Shown piece by piece: positions 14,001 to 27,252 of a stretch of DNA of 64,000 bases. The stretch comes from Haplodiscus bocki. Its lineage: Eukaryota. The notes beneath the pieces are model-generated. The model was not told the DNA's origin. It ran no database searches and saw only the letters and a program-made list of their open reading frames with translations. Each line of letters starts with the position of its first letter. Position 1 is the stretch's first letter. Position numbers and translations under genes: made by a program. The stretch is from the NCBI GenBank assembly GCA_965655095.1, contig OZ296658.1:12028001-12092000 (forward strand). Direction: 5' to 3'.

Positions 14001-15366
14001 CCAAGTTTTCCAGAATGTGATCCGGAAGGTACTGTGTTTTGATGATGTTGTTTTGAAACGGTTTTAGAAAGGTCTTTGAGCTTTGTTTTTGTTACTTCAG
14101 GGTCAAAAAGTTGATAGTTATCTGCTGGGTGACAATTATTTTATGGAGAAGTTCGAGTTGTTCCGAAATTTAATGAGGCACTTCCGGAAAAGTGTTTGGC
14201 CAATTCCCGTAGACCGGCTGGGTTGTGGTTCCTTTTTGTATGGGCAGGCAGATGATCAATTTCTTTCATCGTGTTCTGCGCCACATTTTGCTTTGCCCTC
14301 ATTCGCCTCGAGAAGATGACTGGGATAATTTGAGATACTTCGATTTTCTGGGTGAAGACTTACTGGAAAATAATCAATATATGCTGAAAGCGGGCTGTCG
14401 CGATCGTGCCTTGTCAGCCGTTAAAGAGCAGATAAATGTGGAGAAGAAGAAAGGGGGAAGTGGAACTCGCTCTGCTGCAGCTGCTTTTAACAACGCAAAC
14501 CATTATCCCTTTCTCGTTGCTTGTCGGGTGTTTTCGAAGAAAGTATGTGATGAACTGTTGCGGCAACCAGCCTGAAAGTCTGATCTTGTTGTTGGTTTGG
14601 CCTATTTGGGTTTTTAATTGTTGTTTGAAATCCCTGAGTTGAAGAGCAGTGAGTGCTTCAAGTAGTTTTTCAAAAGTTTTAATGATCGGCAATGGATGAC
14701 TAAAGAAAATTGGGACCTGTTACAAAACTGCTACATGGAATTTATTGACGATCTGAGATTTGTACCTTTTGATGAAGCTGGAAATGGTCCGGACGTAGAT
14801 GACATGATTGCATTTTTGAGCCGATGTCCAGATTAGATCGCCGTAAAGATACTCACTTTCTGATCAGTATGTGCCGTTTGTGTCTGCCTCATAGTACAGT
14901 TTGCATCCCTTATGTCGGCTTGGGTTCTGTGAATCGCTGTAAGTGGACTGTTGATCTGACCTCCAATTTTGTCCCCTTTCAATGCCTTTTTTATTCCAAC
15001 AGCCTGGATTGTGGTTTCATGACAGATCCTCCATCTAATGCTGCGTGCACTGCTTTGCATGACAATTTTGGTTACTCTGCGTTGGTGTCAAGCTATTATC
15101 CGTGGACTGTTGGGGACTTTCATCAAAGACAACATATTTACTCGAATATTGCGAAATGGTTTAAAAGTGTTCGATCTCGCTCGGACCATAATGAGTCAAC
15201 TGTTGCGTCGAGTACTGTTGGTCCTAGTGAATTGCCTAAGCAAAATCCAAGAAAATCTCAAGACCCAAGAATTGATTTTAGCAAGACGTTGAAAGCGCAG
15301 GAAGCCAAGAAGTTGATTTCGGAAATGAAGAAGTCAACCTATGGGGCTGGTTGTTCCCATGATTGA
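11061..15366 (+). pseudogene. Long decayed ORF region antisense to gag-pol, function unknown (possibly hAT-transposase-derived)
   Basis: Chain of plus-strand ORF pieces (11200, 11754, 12547, 13021, 13457, 14083, 14225, 14824) joined by isolated stops or frameshifts. Candidate ATG at 11061. The stop at 15366 converges on the pol end at ~15450. Confidence 0.65.
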
Positions 15367-15449
15367 ATGCATTGAATTTATTGGTTTGTGAAATGGCAAT
15401 TGCCACCTTTAATTTAGAGTAGATCTTATGCTCTGTATGTTTTTATTAT

Positions 15450-18400
15450 CTTTAGATATCTGGGTAATTGGGGCTGGGATTTGGTCATGAATTGTATTTT
15501 CCGCCGCGTGTGTTATTTTCGTGTTGTAAAACATTCATATCTGATGCAGACCGCATATCATTTATGTCCTCGGTAATAGTACTTTCTGACGGATCAGCTA
15601 GAATTTGGTTGTTTTTTAGATGACTGTCGGAAGTGACGCCAAAATTTTGTTTTTTGACCGTATTATGACCTAATTCTTGGAACGTTCGGCGGTTCACTAC
15701 CGGGTCAATACCTAAAATTTGGTCGTCATCAGTTTCTTGGTTTCCAGAGTTACCAGGAGTAATATTTTCGATAATTCCGCGTGAGTCAATAACATTAGGA
15801 TCCTGGTAGGGTATTGGAGTTTCAAACAATGCTCAAATTCAGTTTCACATGCCATTGTAAGCCAGTCATCTTGCGGTATTACTATATTTTTGTCGCGTTG
15901 TAATTTTTCACTTTGATAGGATTCACCAAGCGGTTGATCGCTACTGTATTTACCTAGTCTTATTCGTTGTAAAATTTGAGTTTTGTTTGTGTTGATTCGT
16001 CGAGCCACATAATTATCGTTGGGTAGTACTTTTTCGGTCACATAAGGACCAATCTGTCTAAAGTCTTGGAAAGGGATTTTCGATCCTTGGTAGTCCGCTT
16101 TAGGTTGTAAAATGTAACAATAATTTTTTTCCTGGAATGGCAAAGCTCTTGTTTGTTTGCCATGAAACCTATTGTATTTAATTGACGATTGCATGACGTT
16201 CTTTTTGGTTTTGTCATATAAACTTTGCGTTCGTCTAAATAGTTCATTGGTGAAGTATATGATCACCTTTACGTTAGGATCGATTTTGAGTCCTAAATTA
16301 TGATCAAATTTGTTGTGAGGAAACCTGCCATGGAATAATCTGGTCGGCTTACATCTCAGACTCATGCGATAAGACGTGTTGTAGTATAAATTTACTAATG
16401 TAGGTGTTTGTGCCTTTGTTTTCGGTATTCACTCGATAACATTTTCAGTCAGGTGTTTATTGGGGCATTTGTTCTTTCTAGGATTCCTTTTGTTTGTGCG
16501 TGTTTAGTAGTTGCTTGTTTCAACGTTATACCCAATACTGCTGCTACTTCACTAATGACTTGAGATATGAAAAAAGGTCCATTGTCTGTAATCATTAGTG
16601 TGGGTAGATACTCGTGTCTTATCATGATGACTATGATGACTTTTGCTTCATTTACTGCAGTGGGGGTAGAGACCGGGTATGCAAAAGTTCATCTAAGAAC
16701 TACGTCTATTGCTGTAACAATAATCTCGTAACCTCCACTTGGTAGTGGTTCTGGAAGTAAGTCTATTTGCTGAGCGTCTTCCAGTTCCATGTCCCATTCA
16801 GGGACCTTGAGTGATTTTGGACATAGTTTCATGTTATTGATCCGTTTATCCTATATGCATGTTTCACTTTGTTTTAGCCAATTTCGTACGTATCTGGCAA
16901 TTGATGGGAAGTAGTATTTGCGTCGTATTCCTTGCACCATTTGGTATATACCAGGATTTTTGCTTGCTGTGCCATGGATTGATGTCGAAAGTATTGCAAG
17001 TAGTTGCCCAGGTAATAATACTTGCAGGTGACTGATGTTGCTTACTTCGTTGAAGTACTGTCTATAAAATATGTCATGTTTAAGAACGATTTGTTTTGTA
17101 TTTCGGACTAGTGCATGTATCTTGCATTGTTGATGAAAACTTTGTCATCAAAGGTAGTCAAAGCATTTCTCGTTTCAAGTTCAAAAAGTAGGGTCAGAAT
17201 CTTGTTCTCTGAGTTTTCGTGACGGTTTGTTAAATTGCGCCATATCTATATTTGACGGTTCCTTGGGTAGGTCAATGTGCTTGTAGGACGCGGTTGTAAT
17301 GACCGGAGGTTGACTGGATGTGGTATAGCGAACGTCAGCTTTGCTTTGCCAAACTTCTGCTTCAGGGATTTATGTCAGGTCATCGTCGGTATTGAAGACT
17401 GTTTCTTCGAGTGCGGTACCTGTTGATCTATGTTGACTTCAATAGATTTGACAGTTATGCCTTCTCGTATTTTTAGGACTGTTTTTTCATTCGGGTCAGC
17501 TTCGACTCCCAATAAAAAATTTGCCGCGGTGTTCATTTTCCCAGGAATGTGTGCTATTACAAAATTGAACTGCAATGCAAAAACACATGCATTCCAAGTG
17601 GTGGCGGTATTTATTTGGTTTGGAAAAATCTTTTGACTGATTTGCTGTCAATCATGATGTTGGTTAGTCTGGTAGCGCCCCAGAAGATATGTCCAAGTTC
17701 TTTTAAGGCCAAGTAAGAAGCTAAAAAATTCTTTGGCGTGATTGAAATTCGATCTGGAACGAGATAAATGTTTTTGACCCGTACGCGACTGGGCGTGTTT
17801 TTTCTCCGTAATATTTATTTTTGGTTGGGATCGTCTTCGGTGAGGATCGCATATCCGGTTGCCTGGAAACAAACGTCGGTTATCGGCACTAATTATTTGT
17901 TTGGAAGTGGTTGCCTTCCAATGTATTGTTCAGGTTTCTGATTTCGTTCATGAATTCTGCAGTACTACTAATTTTGTCTTTGGTATCAGTTGTTTTTAAC
18001 AATTGATAAAATGGGGGAGTCTTTTGGCTATTTTGGGTATGTTGTTTCTGTAGTAGTTCAAAAATCAAGATTTTTTTGGATCGTGGGAACTTGATTTTTT
18101 TTCTAGAAAATTTGTCACTTTCAGTTAGTGAGGGGCAATTTTTTCGGATGTGATGGTTCGGCCAAGGAAATCAACTTACTGTACTATGAAGTGGCACCTT
18201 GCCATTGTTATTTTTAATCCGGTGTTTTGGATGCATGCAAAGACTGTTTTTAGGTTGCGAAGTGGTTGTTGAGGGATATTAGCTGCAATGCCTTTGCCGT
18301 TGAGATATTGCTCGAATTGATCCGCTTTGATGACTGGATCAAGATATTCTCGAATAACGCTGGAAAATGCCGAAAGAGATTTACTGAGGCCTTGGGCCAA

Positions 18401-20110
18401 CTACGATATGAAAATGTTCGACTGGCAAATTTAAATGCTAGGATCTCTATTGATCTCTGGTCAGGCATTTGTAAGCAGTGATACGCCTGTGAACAATCCA
18501 ATTTGCAAAAAAGTTTCTTCCCAGCCATATGCATGGCAGCATTCGCCAGGGTACTGACGGGGTGGTTATTGTTCATAAAATCGTCAGATAAGAGGTTGTT
18601 AAGTTTTCTCAAGTCGACCAACAGTCGACGTTTTCCATTGGGTTTTCGTTGAGCCAAGATAGGGCTGACTTATTCACTGAATGTTAGTGTTGTGATGATA
18701 CCATTTTTGTGTAACAAGGTTGATCCAAACAGTATATCTCCTTTGAGGTTGAGTTGAGCTCCTAGACTTTGGCTATATGCTGCTCTCTCGTCAATGTGTG
18801 TCAATTTGACTTAGAAGTCGTTATTGATGCCAACGTTGAATCGATGCCTGGCAAAGATGTCATTGAATTAGACAAGCAGCTTTTCGTTTTCTATGGATGC
18901 TTTCCTTTGTTGATTGAGTATTGAATCTGTCCAGTCAAAGTTTGATAAGAATTGGTTTTGTGATTTTTGGTTTGCTTGGGGATCAAGTCTCTCTAATTCC
19001 TCCAATGCATATAATTCTGTGAGGACACGCTTTTGTTTTGGTGTGTGATTGCTTGGGTTGCCCGGATTTTGCGGTGTGGGCAACCAAGAGGTCTCGACGC
19101 TGATGTCTGACCCAGCGGTTTTGAGTATACTCTCAACATATTGTAGGGCTTCGTCATGTTTATTGTCCAGCAGGTGTTTCATGGGAGCTGGGTCGATTGG
19201 TTGGATGTATTTCATCTGTTCAGGAGTAAATTTTGAGACGTTCGCTATGTTAGTTGCTCTTTTATGTGTGTAAGGGTGATCTTGAAAGTTGTTGATCTGG
19301 ACCATGCAATGTTGGTTCTTACTAAATACTATAGACGGACAGATAATGAGCTCATCAATGTTTCCAATATGTTGTGATGGTTGTAAAATTCCGGTTACCT
19401 CATGGTCTTAGTATATTTGTGATTTAACCCATATTATTGCTTGTTTTCCAGGTTGGAGTACAGTTTCGTGTGGATTAAGTAGGGGTTCGTTAAAGTTGAT
19501 ACACGAGTTGTTGTCAACTTTGGGTTGAATTGAAAAAGACGGGAAGTCAAGAATTCATTGTCTCATATCCAATACACTTCCATTGCGTTGCAAGAAAAGG
19601 AGTCTCATTAGGGGGTTGGCTAAATTGGACATGATTATGAATTACTCTATAATTGTAATATAACCCACTTTGAATTTCAATTCTGTTGCTGCAATAGGTG
19701 TTTCCAATTGTCCGTTAGCCACCATGATTTGAAAATCTGGGAGAGGACCTTCTTTTAGGACTTCTTTGGGGTGCAATTTGTTTGATTTCTTCGAAGCCGG
19801 CTGCTGAGATTGCGATAGATAGGGCGCCCGTGTCGATTAGGCCGTCCATTGTTGAATCCCCGAAATCCATTGGAAGGTAAAATATCTGCCTTTTGTTTTG
19901 AAAATGAATGTTTCTCCGCAGTTGAAGGAATTTTACGCCTCCATCCGGGGTTGTTTTCAGCTGTAGGGTAAATTCATTGACTATGACTGGTTGTTGTCCG
20001 AGTTTGTTTGAACGAACAAAAGGTATTAAAAGAGGTAGTGACGAAGTACCGGGCAATTGAGGATTAATTGTCCACAAATCTATCAGCGCGTGTCGTAGCA
20101 TGTCTGACAC
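15450..20110 (-). pseudogene. pol: pol: aspartic protease, RT, RNase H, integrase with GPY/F tail
   Basis: Protease GLIDTGAL. RT RLLVDLRKLN, KLDCSQAYHCL, AQGLSKSLSAF, and QYLNG (decayed YxDD). RNase H end FVIAHIPGKMNTAANFL. Integrase KNPGI..YYFPSI, QIDLLP, LMITDNG, ILERT. Then IGPYVTEKVLPNDNY and the C-terminal RGGKYNS*PNPSPNY. Confidence 0.92.
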
Positions 20111-20532
20111 GTGTAAGTCATCAATGATGTCGTCGGCCTCAATTTGCGCCGTAGTAGTTGGTTGTCGTAGTAGTGGCGATATTTTAAATTATCTTGGGCG
20201 TATTTATGGTCCGCCCAAATTGGGGCGAATCCGTTTTGGTGGTCCATAATGTCCTCTTCAGAGACTTCTGTTTGAGATAACCGTCTGAATGTGGAGTCAA
20301 AGTTTCGTGTCAAGTCGATTTGGTTTTGGGGTATCGTTTTATGTATTACGTGCATTTTATTATACTCAATAATTTTCTTTTCCATCTGTTGCTGCCAGAC
20401 AATAGACGGGTTGGCGTAACAAAAATTTGTGGTGTATCATAGTAATTAATGGCTGTGTCTGATATGACGTAGCGTCTTGTTGTGGGTACATCTGCCCATT
20501 GGAGTTGTGGCTTTGGTAGTCTAAAGAGTTTT

Positions 20533-22177
20533 TTAATTTTGATGAAGGTGTATTTTGTGTAGATGTGCCTTCCTTGGGGTTCTCTGGATTGTCACCAGAC
20601 GATGGGTGTGGTTTAAAATTTTGTGGTCTGTTGGCTGCATTGGGACCGTTCCAACATTTTTCGGGTAGATGGTTTGTTTTTCGACAGTGTGGATAAGGGG
20701 AATATGTTTAGGTGTGAATATTTTCGCGTTTTGGGTAGGATCTGGTTTCTGTTCTTGCTCCATCCGGTTTATTTTACGACCATCTTTAATTAGATGGCCC
20801 CGTTTTTTACAACAGGGGCAAGATATCTTGGAAAAGTCACGTTTGTTTGCATTGTCCCTTGTTGCCGTTACCGTCATAGTGGGTATGGGGAGTTCTCCGT
20901 CATTTCCCATGCCATTAATTTCTAGTTATCTTTCAAGGTACCATTTTCAAGGTATACTAAGTTAATTGACCTTTTCAAGTGAGGTGGCATTTTGGCGTAT
21001 AGGAAACTGACAATCAATTGTTGGGCTTGATCACCGAATGTTTGTTCTGCGTATTCGTTGAGTTCCTCTAAAGTGTTTTTTTTTATTTGGATCAGAAGTG
21101 AGCTTGTGCCATTTCTGTTTAGCAGTTGCTCGTGATTCGAGTTTCACGTATTTTCGGCGAAATGCTATTGGGTCGTCTTCAGGAGTTTTTTTGTTGGTTG
21201 CATTTATGTTTCGGGATGTTTGTAATGCTTCTTTCCTGAAATGCGCGTATAGTTGATTAATTTTCAATGCTTTTGTCATTTCTGGTTGCATTTTGAGCAT
21301 TGTATGGAAGAGGCCTGCGATATGTTCAAGTTTGTCTTTTTCCTATCAAACATCAAGGTATTTGTGGATGTTGTTTATGATATTGCAGAAGTTGTAGCTC
21401 ATTTCTGAGACAATTCCCGCGATTGCCTCAACTAGTCTGTTAATTGAAGTATTACGGTCTTTTGTTGCCCATTTGTGGTTGTTTTCCAATATAGGCAATG
21501 TGGTGTTTCGTGACAGTTGTCTTTTCATGTTTTGTGTTTTTTTAGGGTTCACGGTGAGTTGGAATGTGTCCAGAGAGTAACTCAAGAAATTCTTAAGGGG
21601 CGTTTTGTCCTGTCACCATGTGATGAGCGTATGTTTGCCCATCAATATTTTTTTCGTTGACCAACAAATCATCTTTTTCTTCGGTAATATTAAGATGAGT
21701 CTCTTCAAGTCTCCTCAAGTCTGTATATGAGTTTGTTTTGCTTGAAACGGTCGTTCATAGGCCTCCAATATTGCTTAAAAAATCCCTCTGATCAGGTTTC
21801 AATACATCACCGTCAACAGGTTGTCCTGAAGGCGCATTGGCTGACTTCATGCCCAATTCCACTCTAGGAATCACTAAACTTCTTATCGCAGTCAATATCG
21901 CGTCTTGGACTCCAGTCTCAACTGATGTCTTCACAATATCCACTTCACTTCGTACTATACTAACAATATTTTCCTCAAGTATGTGTACATCTACTTGTGG
22001 GTATTAACTTGAGTTGGGTTGCTCACATTGTCACAAGAAGTACCTCTACATATCATGTTTTTTCTACTTTCGATTTGCTCATATTGATTGCTTTACCCAA
22101 TCATAAGTTCAGTGTCTCTTTCAGTCAACTGGCTAAAGCCTCCTGTTTTGCTGTTTTTTATTTCTGGTGGAAACGAT
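20533..22177 (-). pseudogene. gag: gag, starting inside the 5' LTR
   Basis: Probable mutated start (ATC)VSTRNKKQQN at 22177. Continues VQDAILTAIRSLVIPRVELGMKS, HHMVTGQNAP, MLKMQPEMTKALKINQLYAHFRKEALQT and the zinc knuckle CPCCKKRGHLIKDG. Stops and frameshifts present. Confidence 0.8.
21601..21618 (-). promoter_or_regulatory. Primer-binding-site-like sequence TGGTGACAGGACAAAACG
   Basis: Starts with TGG directly after the LTR terminal CA. The priming tRNA is not identified. Confidence 0.6.
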
Positions 22178-22711
22178 TTTAACGCCAACAATTGATTTAA
22201 CCAATGATATTGGATAAATTAACACAAATCAACAGGAAGTTATTATTAACCTGAAAATTGGGAAAAAATCAATCTAGAGCGCTTTCAGATTAAACTTGTT
22301 GTTGTTGTCATTAACTTCGGTGTGTCCCTTTTCTCGGTCAATTGTCGGTCACAACCTCTCTGATGAGCTCTCATTCGACTTTCAATCAGAACACGTTGTT
22401 CCATGACGTCACAAGTATAACTGCAACTAAACCTGAGGATTTAAATAGCATCAAGGGAAATATGCCGCTTATACATGACATCAGGCTATAATTAGCAACA
22501 AAGCAAAATTACTCAAAATGGCATACATATGGTTTTCCTGTAATAAAACGTTTCCATGGAAAATGCATGTGTTCAATTGTAAGGGCTTCAGTGGGGTCAT
22601 AAGAACTAACTATGGGGTTAAAAGGTGTGTTCAGACGCTTTTAATAGTGTTTTGAGACTGTTTCAGGTCTTGGGTCAAAATTGTGAGGCGTGACCGATGT
22701 ATGCTTACACA
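21619..22711 (-). repeat. 5' LTR of the main Gypsy element
   Basis: The inner edge is fixed by ...CATCACA followed directly by the PBS-like TGGTGACAGG on the minus strand. The outer edge is taken at TACACA 22711, giving TGTG...CACA termini; TGACA at 22480 is an alternative. Confidence 0.65.
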
Positions 22712-25700
22712 GCTAGGTGAACTACCGGTCAGTAAAAGTTAATTTGACTATCATTTACCACATAGCTCCAAAGTGATAAATTACTGATCCGAATGTTTTT
22801 CAGAGATCAATGGGTTCCGTTTTTGTTAAGTGACATTGTTTAAGAGTTTCGTTTCAGTAAATGAAATGTTAAATGACGTACATGGACCATACAAATTAGT
22901 GGTAGCAATTTGAATATATAAATAAATAACAATTGGTCTCGATTTCTTCCGTTTGGAGTTGGTTATAGTGAACTTTTATACACAAATCTCTTTTGTTGTA
23001 CCAAAGGAGTAGCATACAGCGTTTTAAAAGTCTTCTAGTTGGTTGTTTCACTGCATAGGACTGTAGTTCCTTGGTAGGTTTCCCTTTGTTCCTTTAACTT
23101 TATTTAGAGCCGCTCAAAAAGCAGTCAACGTTTTCTATTTTGACGGCCAATTCAAATTGAGTATTAAGCAACGCCATATTCAAGTGAATATAGAATTATG
23201 CTATCAGCCATCCAGAATAGAGTAGCGCCAAAATCGATTGTTTGCGTCCCGGTACAGTATTTAGATTTGTTGTTGCTTGTAATTTGACTTTTGCTTCTAT
23301 CGTATGGATTTACTTTACATGTGTAATAATATAAGATAGTTTTTACTTGAAACGTAATGTGTTTAATATTATTCAGGAGTTTTTAGTTGTTGTTTTTGTT
23401 TTGAAATAGGGGCAAAAATGTTCCGTGGTTTCCGTTGTGAACATTTCCACACGTAATGTCATACACTTGCCGCTTGCAACAGCTTCGGTTCAAATAGGTG
23501 ACGAAATTTTGAATGATTTACCGAAAAAGATCCATTTATTTGAAATTTTTGCGAAATGTTCGTTTTGAAATAATGAGCGGGTAGGCGAAAGAACCTGAAA
23601 AATTCCGCATACGGAACCCTTGGAGTTTGTACGCTTTCCCGTTCTGGTTGTATTAGTTGGTGGAAGTCAAGACCATTCGTGTTTTGGGAGTTGCCGAATA
23701 ATCGAATCGTCATGTTCGTCGAATAGACGGTAACAAAAACTAACCAATTAGCTTAGCGGGTAATATTCAGGTCTTTTCAGAGCATAAAACGTCAATTAAC
23801 AACGTGATTTTTTTGTTACAGAAAAACCGAAATTGTCTAGAAAATAATCAAAAATGTAAGGCTCTTTTTCCTCCAACCCACCCCCACACGTTATCTCAAA
23901 GCAAATTTTTAATGTAATTTTCTTTATAATGTACTAGTTTTGGCACTATCATCTCATTTTTTTTAAAATATGAGGAAAAAACCTTTCAGATTCTTAAAAG
24001 AAAACATTTAGAATCCTCCTAAAACCATTTGAAATTCAGTTTGGACTGAAATTTGGAGAAGAGTGGGAGGAGGGAAGAGTTCTAAATGTGTAACTTACGA
24101 AAGGTGTTTTGATCCATGTGTACTGCTTCTGGAACCAATTAGCGAAGTAGTACATTGTTGTTGATAAGACGACCATGGATAAAGTAAATATAACGAAATT
24201 GCTCCGTTTCCTGTAAAAATTGTTGTTGAGAATAATTTTCACCATTAGGATGCTCAATTTATGATAAATTATACCAAACGACCAAGCGTTTGAAGGAGAA
24301 GTTTCAGTAAATGGAAGTAATTATTTCGAGCTGAAAGACTCTCAATTCGTTTATTGTAAGTTCGGGGTTATATGAATTTCGAAATCTTTCTTATACCCTG
24401 TAAACAACAATTAAAATCAATTTAGAAACATTTCCTCGTTATAAGACGTTAACAAGTTGAAAACGGCCCAAAACGGTGCCCCCGGAACTCTTAAAAGATT
24501 CAAGGGGACACATTCTTGGAAATTTTGAGTTTTATGACAACAAATGGGGTCTTTAGAATGATCTCAAAATACAAAAAATATGTGCAGGGACCCATTAGAC
24601 TTTCGAACCCTTCTGGTTTTCCTTGAATTAATTTTCGTTGTATAAGAATTAAATTTTCAACCAGTCAGGACTTTTTTCTCCGTTGATTTGCCAACTGATG
24701 CACTTTTAAAAGAACCTTCCAGACAAAAATCTCGACATCAAATCTTGTTCTGTTGCGTATTGAAAAATCGCAAAAACCCAGGCTCAGACTACGTGGTTCC
24801 CGGCTCCACCCTCACTAATAGCAGCTTTTTTTGAAACTATTTTGTTTTTATTAAATTCTCCAAAAAATGTAAATCGTTTACACAAGAAATATTCATTTTC
24901 GGTTTTGGAATAATTTTGCCGAGAAATTTTCAAGTATGAAATGCGTTGTAAGCTATTGAACAATTTGATTTGAGCTGCAGTTTTCTCCCAAAAAACCGAA
25001 GACGCCAAAAAATATACATCTTTATAACTATACCTTCAATTGTCCATTTTTTGATTCTATGGAAACCTCAAAATCTTCTTCGAACAGCCAGATAGATCCT
25101 GGTTTCGCCTTTCGACCTCAAAATAGCAAAAAAAATTGAACACAACAACTCATAGCTCTCATTACACATAGCGTCGTTTTCAGGAAGTTCTCAAGTGATA
25201 GCTTAGTATTTGCCGAGTTTTAATGTATGAAGTACTCTCGCCTTTTTCCTGCATTGGAATCTTGATAGGTCAAAAATGAAAAAAAAAATAATTGACGTTT
25301 TGTCTCGGTAATTGAACCCTTCTCCCTACTAAGCTTCCTCCAGCATTTTTGTCATCGGAAGGTCAACCGATATTTTTCTTTTAGCAACATAATCGTTTCG
25401 CTTGTACTCTCTGTATTGGGACTCCGAAAGGCCGAGGATGTCAAAAGGGTCAGTACTTATTGAAGTTTTTGCGATCACCAAAATCTGTTCTCACCAAAAT
25501 TACCTGCCTGATAAAATCCATCAAGGTTTTTAGCGACAAATTTTTCAGCAAAATTATCATCAAGCTTAAGATGCTCAACTTTTTTCGTTGTATTGGAATC
25601 CCTATCTTCTGAAATGGCTTTAAGAAGGCAGTATTTAATGGTTTTTCTCGATAGAGTCATGTTTCTCCAGTACTACCAACGCAATTAATTTCATCAAGGC

Positions 25701-26208
25701 CTCAATTGACCGAACTTTATTCGGAGAAAATTTTTCGATAAAAAAAAACAATAAAAATTTTTTATACCTTGCAAAGAGCGCTGATGAGCCCCAGATGCAA
25801 AAAGTGCAGTCATTCATGATTTATCTGATAAACAAACATTTTTAGTCTAGTGGCTAGAGTTCCTCCAAGAGGGTGTGAGTCGTCGGTTCTGCAAAAATAA
25901 AAAAAGATGATTTTTGTAAACTAAAAACACTATCGATTCTTCTGTTCGACACCCCTCAGAAACGTAACTAGCTGAAAACACCAATTGTTTCAATCAAAAG
26001 TGAGGTTTGTTGATATTAAATCTCATTTTCTCCAGAGCTAAAAGGTGAAAATTTTGCATCAACTTCTCAATTAACAACTATCTTTTTGCAAAGGGGTAAT
26101 GTCTGTTGCTATCTTCAAGTTTTTTTTTACTTGTTTCGAAAATTTCAGAAGCAAATTTACCAAAATCTGAAAATAGTAAATGTTTTTCTGGAGTTCCAGG
26201 TTTATAAT

Positions 26209-26486
26209 TCTGCCAATTAACATTATTATTTTGCACCATATTAAAAGCAAAATCTTCCTCTCAAAAAGATGCGTTTTTATACCCGATGTTTGCCAATTGA
26301 GTTCGCGCTAAAAATGTTGGCTCGCGTCGTGAAATTTTTTTGCCAAAATTGCAAGAATGGCCGAAAAGGCCAAAATGGCCAGAAGGGCTAAAATGGCCAG
26401 AAAGGCCAAAATGGCCAAAATGGCCAAATTGGCCAAAGTGGCCAAAATAGCAAAAAAAACCAAAAAAGCCAAAAAAACCGTCTTGT
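26209..26486 (+). mobile_element. Non-autonomous Helitron-like repeat with an internal 9-bp GGCCAAAAT array
   Basis: The 5' ~100 bp (TCTGCCAATT...ATTATTTTGCACCATATT...TTCCTCTCAAA...CCCGATGTTTGCCA) match ~60900-61000. Both copies end in GTCTTGT and lack TIRs or a TSD. The Helitron call is inferred from the termini. Confidence 0.45.
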
Positions 26487-26680
26487 ATTGCATTTCACGC
26501 AAAGATAGTTTTTATAAATCAACATTTCGGTTCTACTATTCGCATTTTAAAGCTCATATCGATTTCCAATGGTCTTCCGTTTTTAAATTGCGTTCTATCG
26601 GCAGTTCATGACTTTTCCGATCCTCTTTCGTGTTTTGTGGGCAATAATTTTGAGCTCCAGCCAAACATCGCAATGACACA

Positions 26681-26758
26681 GTATTTGCTGCCCAAAGTTT
26701 GACACCGTATTTGCTGCCCAAAGTTTGACACCGTATTTGCTGCCCAAAGTTTGACACC
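26681..26758. repeat. Three perfect tandem copies of a 26-bp unit
   Basis: GTATTTGCTGCCCAAAGTTTGACACC x3. Confidence 0.97.
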
Positions 26759-27252
26759 GGATTTGAACGTTACATCGCTCCTTAGTTTGTCCTTCTTTCC
26801 ACTAATGAAGTTGATCTCGAAAAATGTAGTGGATTGTGTCCTCCGCTTGGAACGAAATAACCCCACTTTACATCTCTTGCTACTCTGAGACTTTTCGACT
26901 ACAGATCTTCTTGTAGTTTGACAGTTTTCTCGATAGTAGTCCCAAGTTTGACTAGTAACTGTATTTACCACAGAAGTATGAAGAATTGAGCAACTAAAAG
27001 CTCTTGTTTCAAATCAACCGCTCGATACCCTTAATCGAAACCTCGCTAACTAAGCAATAGAATGCATCGTTTAGATAGCAAACAAACTAACAAAACCATC
27101 AAATCAAGCTTTGATTTCGTGATTATAAAACATGGTGATAAAACACACATTTTTTGGAGGTAAAATATCTTTAAAATACCTGAAAATGATTGAATGAGTA
27201 TGCTTGATACTTAAAAAATCCTGAAACTATGGTAAAATCAAGCTAATTGAAG

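Larger units (their letters stand above)
9886..22711 (-). mobile_element. Near-complete decayed Ty3/Gypsy LTR retrotransposon with an antisense ORF region
   Basis: LTR-derived sequence at both ends, PBS-like site, and gag-PR-RT-RH-IN in Gypsy order. Flanks GCTTC/GCTAG (3/5). Removing the element rejoins a plus-strand frame (...TDDKIQLL|GELPVSK...). Outer boundaries are tentative. Confidence 0.85.

Noticed and set aside
26308-26611. ORFs with LAILAILA and KMAKMAK repeats
   Set aside because: These are translations of the 9-bp GGCCAAAAT array.
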